Shown here one piece after another: positions 57,994 through 64,000 of a stretch of 64,000 nucleotides of DNA. The notes under the pieces were generated by a model. It saw only the letters and a program-made list of their open reading frames with translations, ran no database searches and was not told the origin of the DNA. Each line of letters begins with the position of its first letter. The stretch's first letter is position 1. This stretch comes from a virus, in the IMG/VR virus record IMGVR_UViG_3300020446_000004, positions 14,570-78,569 of that record. One strand, given 5' to 3'. The position numbers and the translations under genes are program-made.

Positions 57994-58623
57994 ATGGCAA
58001 TTTCAACATTATCAAAAATTACAGTCCCGTTAGCTAGTGGCGATTCCGCAAGCAATCAGGGACTATTAATGCCCAAACTGCAATACCGTTTTAGGGTATC
58101 GCTAGAAAATTTCGGCATAAGCACACCAACTACAGAACTTACAAAACAAGTTATTGACGTAACAAGACCTAACGTAAGTTTTGAACAAATGACACTAGAT
58201 GTATACAACTCAAGAGTATACCTTGCAGGTAAACATACTTGGGAACCAATCACACTTAATTTACGTGAAGATGTAAACAACAATGTTCAAAAATTAGTAG
58301 GTGAACAATTACAGAAACAGTTTGATTTCTTCGAACAGTCGAGTGCGGCATCTGGACAAGATTACAAATTCGTAACACGTATTGAAATCTTAGACGGGGG
58401 CAACGGTGCTAATGTACCGACTGTCTTAGAAACATTTGAATTATATGGTTGTTACTGTGAAAGTGCTAACTACAATTCATTAGCATATTCAAATTCAACT
58501 GATCCAGTCAGTGTAACACTTTCTATACGCTACGATAATGCTATCCAATCACCACAAGGTACAGGTATTGGTACAGCAGTTGGACGTACAGTAAATACAG
58601 CAGTAACAGGCGGCGGAGCCTAA
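57994..58623 (+). CDS. gp19: Tail tube protein
   Basis: Directly after the sheath gene; PKLQYRFRV, RP.VSFE, AGKHTWEPITL, L.IRYDNA. Confidence 0.85.
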   Translation: MAISTLSKITVPLASGDSASNQGLLMPKLQYRFRVSLENFGISTPTTELTKQVIDVTRPNVSFEQMTLDVYNSRVYLAGKHTWEPITLNLREDVNNNVQKLVGEQLQKQFDFFEQSSAASGQDYKFVTRIEILDGGNGANVPTVLETFELYGCYCESANYNSLAYSNSTDPVSVTLSIRYDNAIQSPQGTGIGTAVGRTVNTAVTGGGA

Positions 58624-58648
58624 TACAAAATCCATTTAGTCTAATTAT

Positions 58649-58679
58649 AGGGGAGCTTTTACGCTCCCCTTTTTCTTTT
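58649..58679 (+). terminator. Intrinsic terminator
   Basis: AGGGGAGC-TTTTAC-GCTCCCCT followed by TTTTCTTTT. Confidence 0.85.
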
Positions 58680-58714
58680 ATATACCTAGTTAATTTACAT
58701 AGATAAATATTAGT

Positions 58715-60001
58715 ATGGCAAATAAATTTAATTCATTACTAGATTCTATTGCGGCAGGAGCATTATCTCCTAAAGGAAATTTAGGTGACTGGCAACATGC
58801 TTCAAGGTTATATGTTGACAGTAACATGCGTCTTGCACCAAGAACTAAATTTAATTATCATGTTCAATTTGTTGTAACACCAGAAGGTGCAAGTCTTATA
58901 CCTAAATTGTTTCAAGGAGGTCCTTTGAATGAAATAGGTATGCTAGTCAAGTCTGCAGATTTACCTAGTTACAGTGCAAACGTAGAACAAAAAAAGAAAT
59001 ATAATAGAATAAAAAATGTACAAACCGGAATACAATATAATCCTGTAAACATAGTATTCCATGATGATAATCAGGGACTAACTACAGCATTATTGCAAGC
59101 GTATTATAGATATTATTTTGCAGACGGCAACCAACGTATCAATAGTGGTAGAGCATATGCAGTAAAACCACATAATACATATCTTGGTACTGAAATGAAC
59201 AAGTACAAATATGGTATGGACGTTTATAATCCAGGCGTACCTTTTTTTAAAGAAATTCGTATAAGCACAATGGCTAGAGGAGAATATGTTACTTTTACTC
59301 TTGTTAATCCAATACTAACTGAATTTAGTCATGACGATGTAAATAATTCCGATCTAAGTGGAACATTGGAAAATAGAATTAGCGTTGCTTATGAAGCAGT
59401 ATTTTACGAAAGTGGAGCTGTGCAAGCCGGTGCTAATGGTTCTCCAACAGGCTTTGGACAAGACCATTATGATACAACTCCAAGTCCTATATCACTTGCT
59501 GGCGGCGGAGGAGGCACACTTGGTAGTGCAATAGAAGGAGCATTTAGCTTATATGATTTTATTGCCAGCGGAGAAGCATATGAAAATCCTTTATTAGCAG
59601 TTTTAATGGGTGCCAATTTAATAGGTAACATACGAGGACTGAGTAAAGAGGGTTTAAGGCAAGAAGGCTTCGGACTAATTACTGGGGCATTAGGGGCTGC
59701 CACAGGAGTAAATGTAAATGGCGTAGCACAAACATTATTTCCAAAAAATGGCGGCAAAGGCGGAAGTAAAGATCTACTTATAGCGGCTGCAGGTGTAGCG
59801 GCAGTAGGAGCATTTACTAAAGGTAAATCTTTACTTAAAAACAATCCTGCCGCTCTTGATAGTGCTATGCAAAAACAATATGTAAAAAATTATCAAGGAC
59901 AAACAGGTGGATCAGTAGCACAGGGTAAAGCGGCATATCAAGCTATAAAAAGTAATCCAGCTGAAATGGCCGCATTAGAAAAAGCAGTAACAGGAACATA
60001 A
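58715..60001 (+). CDS. Baseplate tail-tube initiator-like protein (tube fold, gp48/gp54-like)
   Basis: LVKSADLPSY...YNR...QT.IQY.PVNI.FHDD, LVNP.L..F.HD, I.VAYE; Gly/Ala-rich C-terminus; TAAATA at 58704-09. Confidence 0.6.
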   Translation: MANKFNSLLDSIAAGALSPKGNLGDWQHASRLYVDSNMRLAPRTKFNYHVQFVVTPEGASLIPKLFQGGPLNEIGMLVKSADLPSYSANVEQKKKYNRIKNVQTGIQYNPVNIVFHDDNQGLTTALLQAYYRYYFADGNQRINSGRAYAVKPHNTYLGTEMNKYKYGMDVYNPGVPFFKEIRISTMARGEYVTFTLVNPILTEFSHDDVNNSDLSGTLENRISVAYEAVFYESGAVQAGANGSPTGFGQDHYDTTPSPISLAGGGGGTLGSAIEGAFSLYDFIASGEAYENPLLAVLMGANLIGNIRGLSKEGLRQEGFGLITGALGAATGVNVNGVAQTLFPKNGGKGGSKDLLIAAAGVAAVGAFTKGKSLLKNNPAALDSAMQKQYVKNYQGQTGGSVAQGKAAYQAIKSNPAEMAALEKAVTGT

Positions 60002-60002
60002 G

Positions 60003-60365
60003 ATGAGTAGTCTACCACAACAGCCTCAAACAAATGATAAAAGAGTAACAGAATTTTTTAATAATTATTTTAATGAAAAATTAGCATTTCCTTCTAACGA
60101 AGTTGATGCTGTTGTTGGGTTTTTTGAAAAAAGAGGATTTGAAAAAAATGCCGCAATTAGTACAACAACAACATTATTGAATCAAGCAAAAATAGATGAA
60201 GTAAAAATTTTCGAATTATTAGATACATTAAAAGGACTAGATAACATACAACTTAGTAGTGTAGTAACTGAAGTTTTAAATTACAACAGATTGAATACAA
60301 GCACATTAGGATTTAAGGTTTCTGGCAACAACGATACTTTAGAAAAACGTAATGTAGTGGTTTAA
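60003..60365 (+). CDS. Hypothetical protein (tail/baseplate region)
   Basis: 120 aa ORF tightly packed between structural genes. Confidence 0.6.
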   Translation: MSSLPQQPQTNDKRVTEFFNNYFNEKLAFPSNEVDAVVGFFEKRGFEKNAAISTTTTLLNQAKIDEVKIFELLDTLKGLDNIQLSSVVTEVLNYNRLNTSTLGFKVSGNNDTLEKRNVVV

Positions 60366-60366
60366 T

Positions 60367-60801
60367 ATGGCTAGATTTGCTCAAGGTAAATTTAACTGTA
60401 AATTTCCTGAAAAATATATTGGAACAAAAGTACCAACTTATAGATCAAGTTGGGAATTTGCTTTTATGAACTTTTGTGATTCTCATCCTGCTGTAGCAAA
60501 ATGGGCAAGTGAAGCAGTAAAAATTCCTTACAGAAATCCTTTAACTGGCAAACAAACTATATATGTACCGGATTTTTTTATAGCATATGCTGATAAAGGC
60601 GGCAAACAAAAGGTTGAATTAATAGAGGTAAAGCCAGCAAACCAAGCGTACAGAGAAAAATTAGGTAGAAGTAGGGTAAATCAAGCATCTTGGATAGTAA
60701 ATCAAGCCAAATGGGAAGCCGCATATGCTTATTGTAAGCAAAATAGGATAACATTTCGCATAGTAACTGAGGACGATATTTTTCACAACGGCCGTAGGTA
60801 A
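60367..60801 (+). CDS. gp4: Head completion protein, T4 gp4-like (TnsA-type nuclease fold)
   Basis: GKF....PEKY.G, YRSSWE, WASE...IPY..P, YVPDF, IEVKP..Q, N.AKW.AA..YC, F.IVTE. Confidence 0.85.
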   Translation: MARFAQGKFNCKFPEKYIGTKVPTYRSSWEFAFMNFCDSHPAVAKWASEAVKIPYRNPLTGKQTIYVPDFFIAYADKGGKQKVELIEVKPANQAYREKLGRSRVNQASWIVNQAKWEAAYAYCKQNRITFRIVTEDDIFHNGRR

Positions 60802-60835
60802 CGATAAATACATGTGTAAATAAAGGTTACATACT

Positions 60836-61324
60836 ATGACGAAAAAACTAGAAGAACTTTTAAACCTGCCTGACAGCAAAGAAATGATTCAAGATGCTAA
60901 AAATCAAGATAAGGCAAATTCAGCAGTTGTAGATCAAAAGGATACATTACGTGATATTGCTGAATTTGACAAAATTGCTAGTGCATTGCCTAGTGTTAAA
61001 GGACTAGGTGATAAAGCAGATAATGAATTAAATGATATAGCTGATAGAGCATTACAAAGTTATGAAGACCTAATGGATTTAGGCATGAATGTGGAGAGTA
61101 GATACAGTGGAAGGGTTTTTGAAGTGGCTGGATCGATGCTTAAAACGTCTCTTGATGCCAAAGTTGCGAAAATGGACAAAAAATTAAAAATGATAGAACT
61201 GCAACTGAAAAAAGAAAAGCTGGATCAAGATACGCCATTAGGCGGAGATGTAGTAAATGGTGACGGATATGTTGTCACAGATAGAAATAGTTTATTGGAA
61301 AAATTAAAAAGTATGGATAAATAG
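60836..61324 (+). CDS. Probable terminase small subunit (gp16-like)
   Basis: Helical 162 aa with SGRVFEVAGSMLK resembling the gp16 R..EV motif and a C-terminal DRNSLLEKL; TAAATA at 60805 and 60817. Confidence 0.45.
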   Translation: MTKKLEELLNLPDSKEMIQDAKNQDKANSAVVDQKDTLRDIAEFDKIASALPSVKGLGDKADNELNDIADRALQSYEDLMDLGMNVESRYSGRVFEVAGSMLKTSLDAKVAKMDKKLKMIELQLKKEKLDQDTPLGGDVVNGDGYVVTDRNSLLEKLKSMDK

Positions 61325-61343
61325 TTTATAATAGGAAAACGCC

Positions 61344-61901
61344 ATGAAAACATTTAAATCATTTTTAACAGAGTCTGAAAAGACATATAAATTTTTTGTT
61401 AGAGTAGCAGGTGATCTGCCTGAAGGATTCGTCGACAAGATGGAACGAAACTTGAACAAATATGAATTACTTAAACTAAGTGCAGGAAAAAGGACACCAA
61501 TACAAGAAAAACCGATGGACTTCCCGCAATTACAAAATTGTGAAGTTACACATTATGATGTAGAATTGAAATATCCTGTCACATCACACATATTAGAGTA
61601 TTATCTAGTAAACTGTTGCGATATATCACATAGTCATCTAACAGTTCGTGGCGAACATGATCCTATTGAAAGACAGCAATCTGAAAAAACAGATGAACCT
61701 TACGAATCTATTTTAAACACAGAAGACATGGGCGGCGAATCAGCACAGCAAGATGTAGCTGGTGCAAGAGTTATGGATTTGCTTAAAGAGTTAGAAACAG
61801 CTAGGAAAGAAAGAGAAATTGATCCAATGGAAGGTGCACCAAAAGGTGAAAGTGCAGATATAAGTGATGACGTAAACACTAAAGCAGTAGTAGGTGGATA
61901 A
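61344..61901 (+). CDS. Candidate internal head protein
   Basis: Starts MKTFKSFLTE, close to the T4 internal-protein targeting sequence MKTYQEFIAE; TAAATA at 61318-23. Confidence 0.6.
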   Translation: MKTFKSFLTESEKTYKFFVRVAGDLPEGFVDKMERNLNKYELLKLSAGKRTPIQEKPMDFPQLQNCEVTHYDVELKYPVTSHILEYYLVNCCDISHSHLTVRGEHDPIERQQSEKTDEPYESILNTEDMGGESAQQDVAGARVMDLLKELETARKEREIDPMEGAPKGESADISDDVNTKAVVGG

Positions 61902-61902
61902 T

Positions 61903-64000
61903 ATGAGCGATATCAAAAAACATATTAAGATAGCAGATGCTTTTGGAAAAGATGCTAAAGAATTAGACGAAGGATTTGTTGATTGGGTAACAAGCACTGT
62001 ACAAAAAGTTTTAGGTATTGATGATGCGAAAGCAGATGAAATTGCTGGTCAACTAAAAGGTGATATGACTGCTCAAGAAGAAAAAGCTGCAGATGATGCA
62101 ACAAGCAATGCAGAAACAAAGTCAAAGTCACTTACTAAAACCCAAAAAGACGCTATTGCTGGAAGAGGAGAATTTAAACCTACTGACCAAGAAGGTGGTG
62201 TTGCACAAGGAACGGATGCCGCAGATAAAGCTACTGATGCAGCGGATGATTTAGATGCATTTGGCGGACCAGGACCAGAAGTAGATACAAGCAAAGGCGA
62301 TGCAGAAGATCCTTTAGATGCATTTGGCGGACCGGGTCCAGAAGTAGATACAAGCAAAGGCGATGCTGGATCTAATCTTGCTGGAAAATTAGATGTAAAG
62401 ACAGCTAACTTAATGAAAGCATATAATGATGGTGGCAAACAGGCTATGCCTGCAATTAAGGATTTACAAACAGCGTTAGGTAGACTAGGACATAATCCAA
62501 ACGGTATAGATGGAAAATATGGCCAAGGAACTTATAATGCAGTTGCCGCTTTTCAAAAAGCTAACGGATTAACAGTAGACGGACAAGCTGGTCCTAATAC
62601 CATGAAGAAAATGCAAGAACTTCTGAAAGCTCAAAAACCAGCAGGTGCAGAAAAAGGCACAGATAACAAAGCACAACAGGACGCAACTAATCAAGCATCT
62701 GCAGATAAAGCAATGGATCCAGCAAATGCTAATTTTTCAAACGATGCACAAGCAACAGATCAAGGTACAGAACAAGTTCCGAGCAGATTAAGAATTAGAC
62801 AAGTAATTGCTCCAGAAATTGAAAAGTTGTTAAAAATGGCGGCAGAAAGTGTTCAAGGCATGACTCACTATAGATTTATAGTTGAAAACCGTGCAATAGC
62901 AGAAAAATTAGATCCTCCGCAGTTAGCACAATTACAAAAATATTTAGACCAAATACGTGCATCTGCAAAAAGAGATCCTGAGGTAAGAAAAGAGTTTGGC
63001 GATCTTATCAAGCGTATGGAAAAAGCATTAAATCTTCCTTCGGCCTCACAACAAGCTGCAGATACATATGCAGGCGGAGATGCAAAAGGAGGAGAGTTTG
63101 CTAACGATCCTCAAGCTACAGTTGATCCAGGATTACAAAATCAACGTGGCTTTGATCCAAATGCCAAACAAGGTGTAGATGGTCCAGCAGATGATACAGC
63201 GGCAAAGAATCAAGCGGCTGCAGATGATGCTCAAAAGCAAGGTGATGCAACATATGCCAATGACCCACAAGCAACTGTCGATCCAGGATTGCAAAATCAA
63301 AGAGGATTTGATCCAAATGCAGATAACAGAGACGGTGACGACTTAGGCACAGCTCCAACAGCACCTAAAATTTCTAAAGAACTAGGTGTTAATGTCAGTC
63401 CAAACACTGGTAGGGCAGGTACAAATACTTTTAATATTCCTGATTTTAAATCAAAAGGATTTTATTTAGATGTTCCAGATAGCAAAGTACCAGGATCTGT
63501 AGCTAGATTATATGGTACTAAAGAACATCTAGAACAATTTAAAAAAGAAAGAAAAATAAAAAATAACGTGACAGCAATCAATACACAACAAAGCGGTGCT
63601 CCAGACGCGAATGCAGATGCAAAGGAACGCGGCGTACAAGTTGCAGAAAAGGAGACCAACATGAAGAAAAAAGTGAAAGAAGCATCAATGAATATTTCAA
63701 TGAATGGTGCAAGTTCTGCAGAAGTAGCAGAATTAATTGCTATACTAAAAAATGCTGGCATGGAAGATTCAATGCCGAAAATGCATATGGAACCAGATAT
63801 GCCTGAACCACCTATGGGAGATTCGCCATGTGGAATGGGAGAAGAAGCAGTAGATGAAGAATGGGATAATTCACCAGAAGAAACATATGCTGATCATCAT
63901 ACAATGACAAAGGATTTATCCGGTGGCATAAACAGAGAAAAACCTAAAGGCGCTATACGTGCAAAAGATCCAGCAGTTCATCAAACAGTAGAATCTAGTA
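61903..64000 (+). CDS. Long acidic protein with a peptidoglycan-binding domain, 3'-truncated (absent from the ORF track)
   Basis: Frame read by hand from ATG 61903 is open to the window end; IKDLQTALGRLGHNPNGIDGKYGQGTYNAVAAFQKANGLTVDGQAGPNT at about 62455-62601 is a PG_binding_1 signature. Confidence 0.8.
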   Translation, partial: MSDIKKHIKIADAFGKDAKELDEGFVDWVTSTVQKVLGIDDAKADEIAGQLKGDMTAQEEKAADDATSNAETKSKSLTKTQKDAIAGRGEFKPTDQEGGVAQGTDAADKATDAADDLDAFGGPGPEVDTSKGDAEDPLDAFGGPGPEVDTSKGDAGSNLAGKLDVKTANLMKAYNDGGKQAMPAIKDLQTALGRLGHNPNGIDGKYGQGTYNAVAAFQKANGLTVDGQAGPNTMKKMQELLKAQKPAGAEKGTDNKAQQDATNQASADKAMDPANANFSNDAQATDQGTEQVPSRLRIRQVIAPEIEKLLKMAAESVQGMTHYRFIVENRAIAEKLDPPQLAQLQKYLDQIRASAKRDPEVRKEFGDLIKRMEKALNLPSASQQAADTYAGGDAKGGEFANDPQATVDPGLQNQRGFDPNAKQGVDGPADDTAAKNQAAADDAQKQGDATYANDPQATVDPGLQNQRGFDPNADNRDGDDLGTAPTAPKISKELGVNVSPNTGRAGTNTFNIPDFKSKGFYLDVPDSKVPGSVARLYGTKEHLEQFKKERKIKNNVTAINTQQSGAPDANADAKERGVQVAEKETNMKKKVKEASMNISMNGASSAEVAELIAILKNAGMEDSMPKMHMEPDMPEPPMGDSPCGMGEEAVDEEWDNSPEETYADHHTMTKDLSGGINREKPKGAIRAKDPAVHQTVESS
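62251..62366 (+). repeat. Tandem coding repeat with 63-nt period (LDAFGGPGPEVDTSKGDA x2)
   Basis: Near-identical DNA copies start at 62251 and 62314. Confidence 0.85.
63100..63321 (+). repeat. Dispersed coding repeat (ANDPQATVDPGLQNQRGFDPNA x2)
   Basis: Identical peptide with synonymous DNA differences at 63100-63165 and 63256-63321. Confidence 0.85.

Noticed and set aside
62251-63321. CRISPR-like array
   Set aside because: Each repeat has only two copies, is in frame within a CDS and shows synonymous variation; no cas genes are present.
295-63761. Many 60-250 aa antisense or alternate-frame ORFs in the track (e.g. 23109..23879, 8124..8612, 50571..51047)
   Set aside because: They lie within long, motif-bearing genes, show mirror-codon composition and have no SD, promoter or recognisable motif.
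1-64000. Alternative genetic code or selenocysteine recoding
   Set aside because: Genes tile the window under the standard code; TGA and TAG end genes at sensible boundaries (ATGA overlaps); Cys uses ordinary TGT/TGC codons.

Overview
The window is a gene-dense, AT-rich (roughly one-third GC by eye) segment of a large T4-related myovirus, probably an aquatic jumbo-type phage; the host cannot be determined from this sequence. 1-29150 (+) is a tail-fibre/baseplate-appendage region of very large paralogous proteins, small connector proteins, three tandem extremely Cys-rich glycine-rich-domain proteins and a fibre assembly chaperone. 29263-38624 (+) is a separately promoted 12-gene enzyme cluster: a GT9-like heptosyltransferase, a NodU/CmcH carbamoyltransferase, five 2OG-Fe(II) oxygenases, HldE/HldD/GmhB ADP-heptose enzymes, a cupin and an SGNH-like protein. 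38621-47251 (+) encodes virion accessory proteins (two with cupredoxin-like motifs, a subtilisin, an Ig-repeat adhesin). 47237-52782 (-) carries a cupin, a Nudix hydrolase, gp15-like and gp14-like genes and two candidate internal head proteins. 52836-64000 carries gp13-like, dNMP kinase, HNH-like, tail sheath, tail tube, tube initiator, gp4-like, probable small terminase and internal-protein-like genes. T4-type late promoter cores (TAAATA) and two sigma70 promoters are readable. Best candidate for a new system (inference): phage-encoded virion tailoring (heptosylation, carbamoylation, hydroxylation), with the Cys-decorated fibre proteins and a recurrent D-[DNG]-S-T loop motif as candidate substrates. 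Also notable: a structured, pseudoknot-capable 5' leader at 5352-5455 and a giant fibre gene split mid-domain at 17902. All family assignments come from motif recognition by eye, not from database searches.
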